Positions 24,801-32,000 of a DNA stretch of 32,000 nt are shown piece after piece. A program made the translations under genes and the position numbers. The notes under the pieces are model-generated. The model searched no databases. It was not told the origin of the DNA and saw nothing but the letters and a program-made list of their open reading frames with translations. The DNA lies in assembly GCF_003324675.1 (NCBI RefSeq), contig NZ_CP030918.1, forward strand, positions 720,001-752,000, written 5' to 3'. Numbering within the stretch: position 1 is the stretch's first letter; the number at the start of each line of letters is the position of its first letter. The stretch is from Paracoccus suum (GTDB lineage: Bacteria > Pseudomonadota > Alphaproteobacteria > Rhodobacterales > Rhodobacteraceae).

Positions 24801-26968
24801 CCATCGAGAACGCCGAGATCAAGAACCCGCAAGCCAGCGTCACAGCCGAGGGCACCGTCGGCAAGGCCGGCACCGACGCGCGGGCGCATCTTGCGATGCC
24901 CTCATTGGCGCCGCTGGGTGCGGGCTATCGCGGCGCGATCGAAGCCGACGCCACCCTGAAACAAGACAACACGGGGGCCCGCAACTTTACCGTCAAGGGA
25001 ACGGGCCGCGATCTGTCGCTTGGCCAGACCCAGGTCGATGCCGCTCTGCGCGGCGAGACCCGGTTCGATATCGCCGGGGTCGAGCGCAGCGGCGTGGTGA
25101 CGCTGGAGCGTGCGGTGATCGACAACCCGCGCCTAAAGGCCGATGCAAGTGGCACGGTGGGCGGGGGCGCGACGGATATTTCCGGCAACTTGCGCGCCGA
25201 CAGCCTCGCCTTCCTCGGGCGCGGGTTGCGCGGGGGCATCAATGCCGAGGGCAGCGTCCGCCAGCAGGGCACCAACCTCAGCCTGACGGCCAAGGGCGAG
25301 GGGCGCGGCCTTGCCATTGGCAATGCCAAGGCCGACCCGCTGCTGGCCGGCACCACCAGCTTTGACGTGGCGGCGACGCGGGCCGGACAGAACCTGACGA
25401 TCCAGCGCCTGACCGCACGCAACCCGCAACTGAGCCTGACGGCCGAAGGCGCGCTTGCCTCGGGCATCCGGGTCGATGCGCGGCTGGCCGACCTCGCCCT
25501 GCTGGCACCCGGCTTTCCGGGCGCGGCCGAGGCGCGCGGCACGGTGCGACGGAACGGCTCGCAGATCGGGCTCGATCTGGACGTGACCGCCCCCGGCGGC
25601 ACGAAAGCCAAGATCGCCGGTACCGCCGCGCAGGATTTCTCGACCGTCGATATCCGCGCGAACGGCACCAGCGACGCCGCTATCGCCAACCCCTTCCTAC
25701 GCGTGCGCTCGGTCGAGGGGCCGGTGAACTTTGACCTGCACCTGAACGGCAAGCCCTCGTTGCAGGCGCTGTCGGGCCGCATCAGCCTTCCTTCGGCGCG
25801 GCTGTCCGACCCCAAACTCGGGGTCCGGATCGAGGCGCTGCGCCTCAACGCCGAACTTGGCGGTGGCGGCATCAGCATCGACGGCGGCGGCAACCTCGCC
25901 GACGGCGGCTCGCTGGCAGTCGATGGCCGCATCGGGCTGGAGGGCACGCGCCCGATCAACCTGACGGTCCGGCTGAACGACGCGGCGATCCGCGATCCGA
26001 ACCTCTACCAGACGGCGGCCAGCGGGACGCTGACGGTCAGCGGCAACCTCGCCGCCGGGCCGCTGATCGCCGGTCGGCTGACGCTGGACCGGACCGAGAT
26101 CCGCATCCCTTCGACCGGCCTCGGCGGGGCCAAGGGCATTCCGCAGATCACCCATCTGGGCGACCGCCCGCCGGTCCGCGCAACCCGCGCCAAGGCCGGC
26201 CTGACCCCCTATCCTGGCGCAGAAAGCCGCGAGGCCGGACTCGCCGGCCCGCCCGCGACGCCGCCTACGGTCGTCGCCAAGCTGGACATCACCATCGACG
26301 CGCCAAACCAGGTGTTCCTGCGCGGCCGCGGTGTCGATGCCGAGTTCGGCGGCTCGATCCGGCTGACCGGCAACGCTCGCAACGTCGTTCCGATCGGCTT
26401 TTTCCAGCTGATCCGGGGCCGCGTCGACCTGTTGGGCAAGCGGTTTGATCTGACCGAGGGTCTGGTCGAGTTGCAGGGCAGCTTGGTGCCGGTGATCCGC
26501 CTGATCGCCCAGACCGAGCAGGACAGCATCACCACCATCATCTCGATCGAGGGCGAAGCGAACGATCCCAAGATCAAGTTCAGCTCGATCCCGGACATGC
26601 CGGAGGAAGAAGTCCTATCGCAACTGCTGTTCGGCCGCGGGCTGGACAACATCAGCCCGCTGCAGGCAGCGCAACTGGCGAACGCGGTCGCGGTCCTGGC
26701 CGGGCGCGGCGGCGAGGGCATCGTCAGCAAACTGCGCAACCAAATCGGGCTGGATGACCTGGACCTTGCCACAGATGCCGAGGGCAACGTCACCGTCCGT
26801 GCCGGAAAATACATCACCGACAAGGTCTACACCGATGTCGCGGTCGGCGGCGACGGCAAGACCAAGCTGAACCTCAACCTCGACGTGACCAAGGCGCTGA
26901 CGGCGCGCGGTTCGGTCGACAACGAGGGCGAGAGCACCCTGGGGCTGTATTACGAAAAGGACTACTGA
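21812..26968 (+). CDS. tamB: Translocation and assembly module inner-membrane-anchored subunit TamB (AsmA-like, DUF490 C-terminus)
   Basis: 1718 aa from MRILNRLRLLPMICLLALQPIIASA (signal anchor). The C-terminus ...GKYITDKVYTDVAVGGDGKTKLNLNLDVTKALTARGSVDNEGESTLGLYYEKDY is the DUF490 type. The gene is coupled to tamA. Confidence 0.88.
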   Translation: MRILNRLRLLPMICLLALQPIIASAQNAPGAPVPATPAQDAPRDPASISQEVADDGGFITRFLERNLSGAGREVRLEGFRGALSSRATFDQITIADADGVWLTLHNGAIQWNRSALLARRVEIAELSAETIELPRLPKAEEDAPKAEARSFSLPKLPVGVDIQHIAAQRVNIGAPVMGEAASISIDGAMSLKGGEGAAKLAINRVDGKRGVFAVDANYSNETQVLRIDTTLDEDAGGIFVNLIKLEGRPAVKAEIKGEGPLSDFAADIALASDGQPRITGTVAVKAEAAADGMSGRSFKVNIGGDVAAFVPPAQRAFFGAKSQLMAEGWRGDDGRLNVPVLSVKTEALDVSGTFAANAQGAPTTAALTLKLGADAGATQLPVRLPTTGTPITVNGGQLQLGYDAAKGSGWTLKGNLKDFAQQALSIAAVNLDGGGTVTLAAGELKMVGGKITFDTQGIAPTDPGLASAIGPTLKGVSDFNWSPGQAVTLDNLDIAGADYGLNGNLAINGLATGITVAAELDARYDDLARLSGIAGRDMTGKATGHVSGQYAVLGRGFDATARLVGTDLHLGQPQLDRLLAGDATIVASARRDENGINLREFTVSGQRLTADARGLLATNSSDVKANVRLTSLTEVDPAFGGSLEAEATLTGPAGARQVTVNGQAMDLSTGIAALDGALKGKTDVAVLAHQENGAMLLKTARLANPQLTIAGQGNLTPGQMDATLDVTVANLGDIQPGWAGNLAAKGRVTEADGTRKLSLNGTGDGLRFGTADVGEALTGTTRFDLDATQTGEQIQVDRLDVANDQLTANVSGPIGKDRTALDGKLAIKSLAAFGRGWRGSLDLAGKVSDDGAGGRHIDISGTGQDLSLGQAQADAALTGTTRLVLKADQQADGKGFAIQQAEIINEQAQVTAQGHLGPDGTDLTGHAQIASLAPFGRGWGGSANIDGSFRDDGTGARRLAVTGTGRDLAFGQPQLDGALKGETAVDVRAVERDGLFTIENAEIKNPQASVTAEGTVGKAGTDARAHLAMPSLAPLGAGYRGAIEADATLKQDNTGARNFTVKGTGRDLSLGQTQVDAALRGETRFDIAGVERSGVVTLERAVIDNPRLKADASGTVGGGATDISGNLRADSLAFLGRGLRGGINAEGSVRQQGTNLSLTAKGEGRGLAIGNAKADPLLAGTTSFDVAATRAGQNLTIQRLTARNPQLSLTAEGALASGIRVDARLADLALLAPGFPGAAEARGTVRRNGSQIGLDLDVTAPGGTKAKIAGTAAQDFSTVDIRANGTSDAAIANPFLRVRSVEGPVNFDLHLNGKPSLQALSGRISLPSARLSDPKLGVRIEALRLNAELGGGGISIDGGGNLADGGSLAVDGRIGLEGTRPINLTVRLNDAAIRDPNLYQTAASGTLTVSGNLAAGPLIAGRLTLDRTEIRIPSTGLGGAKGIPQITHLGDRPPVRATRAKAGLTPYPGAESREAGLAGPPATPPTVVAKLDITIDAPNQVFLRGRGVDAEFGGSIRLTGNARNVVPIGFFQLIRGRVDLLGKRFDLTEGLVELQGSLVPVIRLIAQTEQDSITTIISIEGEANDPKIKFSSIPDMPEEEVLSQLLFGRGLDNISPLQAAQLANAVAVLAGRGGEGIVSKLRNQIGLDDLDLATDAEGNVTVRAGKYITDKVYTDVAVGGDGKTKLNLNLDVTKALTARGSVDNEGESTLGLYYEKDY
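23290..25700 (+). repeat. Array of about eight ~100-aa (297-306 nt) in-frame tandem repeats inside tamB
   Basis: Repeat boundaries follow an N-P-Q-like motif at 23633, 23930, 24227, 24533, 24833, 25133 and 25430, giving spacings of 297, 297, 306, 300, 300 and 297 nt. Recurrent motifs are SLAxFGRGWRG, GTGxDLxxGQxQxDxALxG and NPQ|LxxxAxG. Confidence 0.8.
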
Positions 26969-26970
26969 GC

Positions 26971-27004
26971 CGCGGCAATCCCGCTGGGGCAAGGGATTGC
27001 CGCG
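26971..27004. terminator. 12-bp GC-rich hairpin between convergent tamB and the HD-hydrolase gene (candidate bidirectional terminator, no U-tract)
   Basis: CGCGGCAATCCC (26971-26982) pairs with GGGATTGCCGCG (26993-27004) across a 10-nt loop. It sits in a 42-nt convergent spacer. Confidence 0.5.
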
Positions 27005-27010
27005 CCGCAG

Positions 27011-27628
27011 TCAGTCCGACGCGATCAGCGTCTCGAACCGGGCGAGATAGGCATCGCGCGCCTCTGCCGGGGGGCGCAGGGTGATGGTCGTCTCGGCATC
27101 AAGCCAGCCTTGTGGCGGGCGGCCGAACAGCCGGTCGGCCTCGGCCCGGGCAAAGCCCGCGATCTGCATCGCCTCAAGCCAGGCGGATACGCGGTCGGCG
27201 CGCTTGATGGCGCGTTTCGCCTCGGCGGGCAGGGCCGCGGGGATACCGAAGCGGCGGTGAACCGCGGCGCTGAGGCGCGCATCCAGCTCGGCATAGCTGG
27301 GACCAATCGCGGACTTCACAGGCGAGATCATGTCGCCCAAGACATATTCCGGCGCATCATGCAGCAGCGCCGCCAGCCGCCAGCTGACCGGCCAGTTCGG
27401 CCGCGCGCGCTGCAACAGCGCCTCGACCAGCAGCGAATGTTCGGCAACGGAATACGGCCAGTCGCCGCGCGTCTGCCCGTTCCATCGGGCCACGAACGCC
27501 AGCCCGTGGGCGATGTCCGCGACCTCGATATCCAGGGGCGAAGGGTCGAGCAGGTCGAGCCGCCGCCCGGAGAGCATCCGCTGCCACGCCCGTGGCGGGG
27601 TCTTGGCAGCGGTCCGCGTGGCGGCCAA
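27011..27628 (-). CDS. HD-domain phosphohydrolase (YfbR/5'-deoxynucleotidase-like)
   Basis: About 205 aa with the HD motif in LLHDAPEYVLGDMISPVK and the conserved AWQRMLSGRRLDLLDPSP N-terminal region. The start is uncertain: TTG at 27628, 3 nt after the secB stop, or ATG at 27577. Confidence 0.75.
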   Translation of the reverse strand: MAATRTAAKTPPRAWQRMLSGRRLDLLDPSPLDIEVADIAHGLAFVARWNGQTRGDWPYSVAEHSLLVEALLQRARPNWPVSWRLAALLHDAPEYVLGDMISPVKSAIGPSYAELDARLSAAVHRRFGIPAALPAEAKRAIKRADRVSAWLEAMQIAGFARAEADRLFGRPPQGWLDAETTITLRPPAEARDAYLARFETLIASD

Positions 27629-27631
27629 GTG

Positions 27632-28198
27632 TCAGCTCAACGGCTGGTCGGCGGGACGCTCGGCCTGGGCGCGGCGGGCGATTTCCTGGCGGTAGAGGGC
27701 GACGAAATCCACCACGTCCATGTTGAACGGCGGGAAGCCGCCATCGCGCGTCAGATCCGAGATGATGCGCCGCACGAACGGGAACAGCAGGCGCGGGCAT
27801 TCGATCATCAGGAACGGGTGCAGCTGATCCTCGGGCACGCCCTCGATATGGAACACGCCGCCGTAGTCGACCTCGCACAGGAACAGCGGTGCGCCCTTGT
27901 CCGCGCCATTGGCCGAGTTGATCTTGAACTTGGTGATCACCTCGTACTGGTGCTCGGCCTCGCGCTTGCGGGCGTCGAGGCTGACCTGAACGGTAATCTC
28001 GGGCGTGACCTCGGCGCTGGAAACGCCGCGCTGCGCGACCACATTCTCGAAGCTGAGATCGCGGATGTACTGCGCGAGAATCTGCAGGCGCACCTGCGTG
28101 TCGGCCTGCGCGGGGGCCGAGCCGTTGGCGGCGGATCCCCCGTTCTGCGGGCCGTCGTTCTGGGGGCCATTGTTCTTGGGCTGGCTGTCGTCGCTCAT
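27632..28198 (-). CDS. secB: Protein-export chaperone SecB
   Basis: 188 aa from the ATG at 28198, which has an AGGAG SD. Diagnostic segments are LQILAQYIRDLSFENV and CPRLLFPFVRRIISDLTRDGGFPPFNMDVVDF. Confidence 0.92.
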   Translation of the reverse strand: MSDDSQPKNNGPQNDGPQNGGSAANGSAPAQADTQVRLQILAQYIRDLSFENVVAQRGVSSAEVTPEITVQVSLDARKREAEHQYEVITKFKINSANGADKGAPLFLCEVDYGGVFHIEGVPEDQLHPFLMIECPRLLFPFVRRIISDLTRDGGFPPFNMDVVDFVALYRQEIARRAQAERPADQPLS

Positions 28199-28253
28199 CA
28201 CGCGGCTCCTGATCCTTCGGTCTGGGCGCTTTTAGACCGCGCCGCTGCCTGCT

Positions 28254-28793
28254 TCAATGCGCCTCGGGTCCGCGGGTCCAGCCCGAAGGCCCGTGCGGAC
28301 GAGTGCTGGCAGTGCCGCTCGGGCGGCTTTGGGGTCCGGCGGTGGGGGCGGGGTCCACCTCCTCGACATATTCGGCGTCGATCACCGCGCCGCGGCCATA
28401 GCGGTGGACCGCAGCCTCGCCGGGAAAACCGGCGCGCGCTCGGCCGCCGCGGATGCGCCGGCCCATGGCCCGCATCATGGCCGTGCGCACGAGAGGGATC
28501 AGCAGAAGCAGGCCGAGTGTATCTGTCAGAAAGCCCGGCAGTATCAACAGCACCCCCGCCAGCATGGTCAGCGCGCCATGCGCCAGCGGGGCCGAGGGAT
28601 CGCGCATCTCGCCCAAGGCGCGCTGCACATCGGTCATGGCCCGGGCGCCCTGTCGGCGCAGCAGCCAACTGCCCAGAAAAGCGCTGCCGATGACGATTGC
28701 GAGCGTCGGCCACAGGCCGATCAGGCCGCCGACCTGCACGAACAAGGCGATCTCGACCAGCGGCAGGATCACGAAAATCAACAGCAGCGGCAT
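28254..28793 (-). CDS. fxsA: FxsA family inner-membrane protein
   Basis: 179 aa. MPLLLIFVILPLVEIALFVQVGGLIGLWPTLAIVIGSAFLGSWLLRRQG is the characteristic FxsA N-terminus. Confidence 0.88.
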   Translation of the reverse strand: MPLLLIFVILPLVEIALFVQVGGLIGLWPTLAIVIGSAFLGSWLLRRQGARAMTDVQRALGEMRDPSAPLAHGALTMLAGVLLILPGFLTDTLGLLLLIPLVRTAMMRAMGRRIRGGRARAGFPGEAAVHRYGRGAVIDAEYVEEVDPAPTAGPQSRPSGTASTRPHGPSGWTRGPEAH

Positions 28794-28890
28794 CGCGCCC
28801 CTCCTTCATCAGGCGGCGGGCAACTGGACTTGGACCCGCGTCCTACCTACATAAAGCGATGATCCAGCTTTGCCAGACCAGGAACCCGTC

Positions 28891-29547
28891 ATGTTCAACA
28901 GCCCGATGCTGCAACTGCTCGTTCTTGCCGGGATCGCAGTCTTTTTGATCCTGCGGCTGCGCGGCGTGCTGGGAACCCGCGACGGCTTCGAAAGCCCTGC
29001 GCCGGATCAAGTGCCCGCCGCGCGCCGCTTCGAGGTGATCGAAGGCACCGCGACCGAGGATGACAGCGACGTGTCCGACCACGTCGAGGCCGGGACGCCC
29101 AACGCCGATGCCCTCGCCGCGATGAAGCGTGCCGAGCCGTCGTTCGGGGTCGGCGATTTCCTGTCCGGGGCGCGCCAAGCCTATGAGATGATCCTGATGG
29201 CGTTCGAGCGCGGCGATCTGTCCGAGGTGCGCCCCTTTCTGGCCCCGCCGGTGGCCGAGGCGCTGCAGTCGGTGATCGACGGCCGGCGCGAGCGCGGCGA
29301 GGCGGTGGACGCCCAGTTCCTCGGCACGCGTGAGACCTCGCTGGCTGCGGCCCAGTTCGACCAGGCCAGCGGCGAGGCCGAGATCACGGTCCGATTTGTC
29401 GGCGAGATGATCGTTGCGATCAAGGACGCCTCAGGCACGGTGATCGAGGGCGATCCCAAGGCGTCGCGCAAGCAGCGCGACACCTGGACCTTTGCTCGCT
29501 CGATGGGGGCCAGCGACCCGAACTGGCGCCTCGTCGCGACCGGCTGA
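28891..29547 (+). CDS. Tim44-like domain protein (alphaproteobacterial Tim44 homologue)
   Basis: 218 aa from the ATG at 28891 (AGGAA SD): an N-terminal TM helix (MLQLLVLAGIAVFLIL) followed by a Tim44-like C-terminal domain (...RDTWTFARSMGASDPNWRLVAT). It is divergent from fxsA-secB, the usual alphaproteobacterial arrangement. A TTG at 28870 is an alternative start. Confidence 0.8.
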   Translation: MFNSPMLQLLVLAGIAVFLILRLRGVLGTRDGFESPAPDQVPAARRFEVIEGTATEDDSDVSDHVEAGTPNADALAAMKRAEPSFGVGDFLSGARQAYEMILMAFERGDLSEVRPFLAPPVAEALQSVIDGRRERGEAVDAQFLGTRETSLAAAQFDQASGEAEITVRFVGEMIVAIKDASGTVIEGDPKASRKQRDTWTFARSMGASDPNWRLVATG

Positions 29548-29556
29548 GGCGCGGCG

Positions 29557-30192
29557 TTGTCCCGCAGGCGCGGCGGCGTCAGCGACGAGGATCGCCGGCT
29601 TTGGTCGCAGGTGGCGGCGAGCGCTGCACCCTTGCCGGGCCAGGTCCGCCGCAACTATGCGCCGCTAACAGCGTCCGAACTCAAGCCGACTGCGGTTCTA
29701 CCGGCACAGGGGCAGGCGAAACCCGCCCTCCCCATCCCCGATGCGCCTCGCTTCTCGATGCAGCCGTTCCGCATCGGCCAGGCCGTCAAGCCGCCCCGCG
29801 CAACCGCCAGTCTGGCCCCGACCCCGGCCGAGGCCCTCGCCTCGGTGCCGGTGGCGATGGACCACCGCACCCACCGACGCATGTCGCGCGGCAAACTGGC
29901 CCCCGAGGCGCGGATCGACCTGCACGGCATGACCTTGGCCATCGCCCAGCCGGTGTTGGAGCGTTTCGTTCTGGCCCAGCACAGCGCCGGGCGCAGGCTG
30001 GTGCTGGTTATCACCGGCAAGGGAAAGGCGGGAGGTGTAGACGCGCCGCTGCCCGTGCGGCCCGGCGCGCTGCGCCATCATGTGCCGATGTGGCTGGGCC
30101 GCGCGCCGTTAGGGCGGGTGGTGCAGCAGGTGACACCCGCGCATTTCCGTCACGGGGGCGAGGGCGCCTACTACGTCTACCTGCGCAAATGA
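29557..30192 (+). CDS. Smr (MutS2 C-terminal-like) domain protein
   Basis: 211 aa from a TTG start with a GAGG SD. The Smr core is IDLHGMTLAIAQPVLERFVLAQHSAGRRLVLVITGKG...GGEGAYYVYLRK. Confidence 0.8.
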   Translation: MSRRRGGVSDEDRRLWSQVAASAAPLPGQVRRNYAPLTASELKPTAVLPAQGQAKPALPIPDAPRFSMQPFRIGQAVKPPRATASLAPTPAEALASVPVAMDHRTHRRMSRGKLAPEARIDLHGMTLAIAQPVLERFVLAQHSAGRRLVLVITGKGKAGGVDAPLPVRPGALRHHVPMWLGRAPLGRVVQQVTPAHFRHGGEGAYYVYLRK

Positions 30193-30218
30193 AAACCCCC
30201 GCCGCCGGCGGGGGTTTT
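30192..30218. terminator. Bidirectional intrinsic terminator
   Basis: The sequence AAAACCCCCGCC-GCC-GGCGGGGGTTTT has an 8-bp G/C stem flanked by an A-tract and a T-tract. It sits between the convergent smr gene and the small PLDc_N gene. Confidence 0.85.
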
Positions 30219-30243
30219 GAGATCGGCGCGCATAATATCGCGG

Positions 30244-30441
30244 TCAGACCCTGTTGTTATAGTTTGCCTTCGGCCCCATCAGCCACCACGCGATCAGGCC
30301 AACAACCGGCAAGATCGCAACCACCAGCGTCCAGATGACCTTGGAGCGGCCGGCGGCGTCGGAATTGATGATCGAGGCGATCGCCCAGACATCAAGGGCA
30401 AACAGGATGATCCCGCCGATGCCCCAGGAAGAATTGAACAT
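30244..30441 (-). CDS. Small membrane protein with a PLDc_N (cardiolipin-synthase N-terminal-like) domain
   Basis: 65 aa with two TM helices, GIGGIILFALDVWAIASII and IWTLVVAILPVVGLIAWWLMGPK. This pattern is recognised as PLDc_N-type. Confidence 0.6.
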   Translation of the reverse strand: MFNSSWGIGGIILFALDVWAIASIINSDAAGRSKVIWTLVVAILPVVGLIAWWLMGPKANYNNRV

Positions 30442-30501
30442 GGTCAGTCCTTTATATCCGATGGCTCGCGCCTCAACCGCGCACCTGCCCGGCGGTTCCG
30501 T

Positions 30502-31809
30502 TCAGAGCACGTAACGGGACAGATCCGCCGACCGGCTGAGATCGCCCAGATGCTTTTCGACGAAATCCGCATCGAGCGTCACCGCCTCGCCCGAACGGTC
30601 AGGGGCGGTAAAGCTCAGCTCCTCGAACACGCGCTCGATAACGGTGTAGAGGCGGCGGGCGCCGATGTTCTCGACGCTGCGGTTTACCTCGGCGGCGATG
30701 CGGGCCAGGGCGGCGATCCCCTCCGCGGTGAAACTGACGGTGACGCCCTCGGTCTGCATCAGCGCTGTATACTGGCGCGTCAGGGCGTTGTCGGTGTCGG
30801 TGAGGATGCGAACGAAGTCGCCCTCGGTCAGCGGCTTCAGCTCGACCCGGATCGGCAGGCGGCCCTGCAGTTCGGGCAACAGGTCGCTGGGTTTCGCGAC
30901 GTGGAACGCGCCTGACGCAATGAACAGGATGTGGTCGGTCTTGACCGGGCCGTATTTGGTGCTGACCGTGGTGCCCTCGATCAGCGGCAGCAGGTCGCGC
31001 TGCACGCCCTCGCGGCTGATCTCGCCGCCCCGCGAATCGCCGCGGGCGCAGACCTTGTCGATCTCGTCGATAAAGACGATGCCGCTCTCCTGCACCGCCT
31101 GCAGCGCGGCCGCCTTTATCGCATCGTCATCCAGCAGCTTGTCGGCTTCCTCGGCCAACAGCAGATCATAGCTTTCGGACACCGTGACCTTACGCTTGAC
31201 CCGCCGGCCGCCAAAAGCCTTCATCAGGCCCGACAGGTCCATCATGCCGCCGATCTGCCCGCCCGGCATCCCCGGCATGTCCAGCCCCTGCAGCGGGTTC
31301 GAGGTGTCGGCCAGTTCCAGCTCGATCACGGTATCGTCCAGCTCGCCGCTTTTCAGCTTCTTGCGGAACATCTCGCGCGTGCCCTCGCGCGCATTCTCGC
31401 CGGTCAGGGCGGCGAGGACGCGGTCCTCCGCCGCGGCATGGGCGCGGGCGCGAACCTCGTCGCGCATCCGCTCGCGGGTCTCGACGATGGCGGCATCGGC
31501 CAGGTCGCGCACGATCTGCTCGACATCGCGGCCGACATAGCCGACCTCGGTGAACTTGGTCGCCTCCACCTTGATGAAGGGCGCGCGCGCCAGCTTGGCG
31601 AGGCGGCGGCTGATCTCGGTCTTGCCGACGCCGGTCGGGCCGATCATCAGGATATTCTTGGGATAAACCTCGTCGCGCAGGTCGTCGCCCAGTTGCTGGC
31701 GGCGCCAGCGGTTGCGCATGGCGACGGCCACGGCGCGCTTGGCCTCGGCCTGGCCGATGATGAAGCGGTCAAGCTCTGACACGATCTCGCGCGGGGTCAG
31801 GTCGGTCAT
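30502..31809 (-). CDS. hslU: ATP-dependent protease ATPase subunit HslU
   Basis: 435 aa. The N-terminus is [37 protein letters not shown], the Walker A motif is [15 protein letters not shown], and the C-terminus is ...DLSRYVL. Confidence 0.96.
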   Translation of the reverse strand: MTDLTPREIVSELDRFIIGQAEAKRAVAVAMRNRWRRQQLGDDLRDEVYPKNILMIGPTGVGKTEISRRLAKLARAPFIKVEATKFTEVGYVGRDVEQIVRDLADAAIVETRERMRDEVRARAHAAAEDRVLAALTGENAREGTREMFRKKLKSGELDDTVIELELADTSNPLQGLDMPGMPGGQIGGMMDLSGLMKAFGGRRVKRKVTVSESYDLLLAEEADKLLDDDAIKAAALQAVQESGIVFIDEIDKVCARGDSRGGEISREGVQRDLLPLIEGTTVSTKYGPVKTDHILFIASGAFHVAKPSDLLPELQGRLPIRVELKPLTEGDFVRILTDTDNALTRQYTALMQTEGVTVSFTAEGIAALARIAAEVNRSVENIGARRLYTVIERVFEELSFTAPDRSGEAVTLDADFVEKHLGDLSRSADLSRYVL

Positions 31810-31860
31810 CGAAAACTCCGTTGTGGGTGCCCGGTGGTCAGCGGGCGGGATCGGCTGGCG

Positions 31861-32000
31861 TCAGGGCGCGCCGATCGCCTCGACCGTCAGATTGCCGTTG
31901 GTGTAGACGCAGATGTCGGCCGCGATGGCCATCGCCTTGCGTGCGACGGTCTCAGCATCGGCCTCGCCCTCCATCAGTCCGCGCGCCGCGGCGAGGGCGA
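31861..32000 (-). CDS. hslV: ATP-dependent protease subunit HslV, C-terminal fragment (5' end outside the window)
   Basis: Manual minus-strand translation gives ...[45 protein letters not shown], with the stop at 31861-31863. The ...IA.DIC.YTN... end is typical of HslV. It lies 51 nt upstream of hslU. Confidence 0.85.
   Translation of the reverse strand, partial: ALAAARGLMEGEADAETVARKAMAIAADICVYTNGNLTVEAIGAP

Noticed and set aside
1-32000. Search for mobile elements, CRISPR arrays, tRNA/rRNA genes, toxin-antitoxin pairs and defence-island signatures.
   Set aside because: No transposase, integrase, recombinase or phage ORFs were found, and there are no regularly spaced short direct repeats. 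Intergenic gaps are all 303 nt or shorter and lack tRNA-like structure. Apart from short promoter-like patches, no region deviates in composition. The window reads as core chromosome.

Overview
High-GC (roughly two-thirds G+C by eye) chromosomal segment whose gene content and synteny fit an alphaproteobacterium of the Rhodobacterales/Paracoccus type; this assignment is inferred from protein sequences only. I can support 28 protein-coding genes. They are tightly packed, with many 1-4 nt stop/start overlaps. I see no rRNA, tRNA, CRISPR array, transposase, integrase or phage gene. Blocks in order: (1) a GT8 glycosyltransferase 3' end plus an NAD-dependent epimerase; (2) a minus-strand flagellar operon motB-flgE-flgK-flgL-flgI; (3) a paraquat-inducible/MCE trans-envelope system with split pqiA, an unusually long pqiB, and pqiC; (4) a minus-strand housekeeping run of a DUF2125-like exported protein, pmbA, an IMPase/CysQ-like gene and a flavin reductase; (5) ahcY and a small orphan secreted protein, divergent from glk; (6) tamA-tamB; (7) the conserved alphaproteobacterial block HD-hydrolase/secB/fxsA divergent from tim44-like/smr; (8) a small PLDc_N membrane protein and hslU-hslV. 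I do not see a convincing novel multi-gene system: there are no defence-island hallmarks, and the window reads as core genome. The items most worth a second look are: the uncharacterised DUF2125-like protein at the window centre, which carries a repeat-encoded acidic insert; a perfect 14-bp stem that abuts the ahcY start codon; a PqiB with a ~357-aa helical C-terminal extension; a phase-locked ~300-nt repeat array inside tamB; and a CtrA-like box upstream of flgE. The many long ORFs antisense to these genes are high-GC shadow ORFs.
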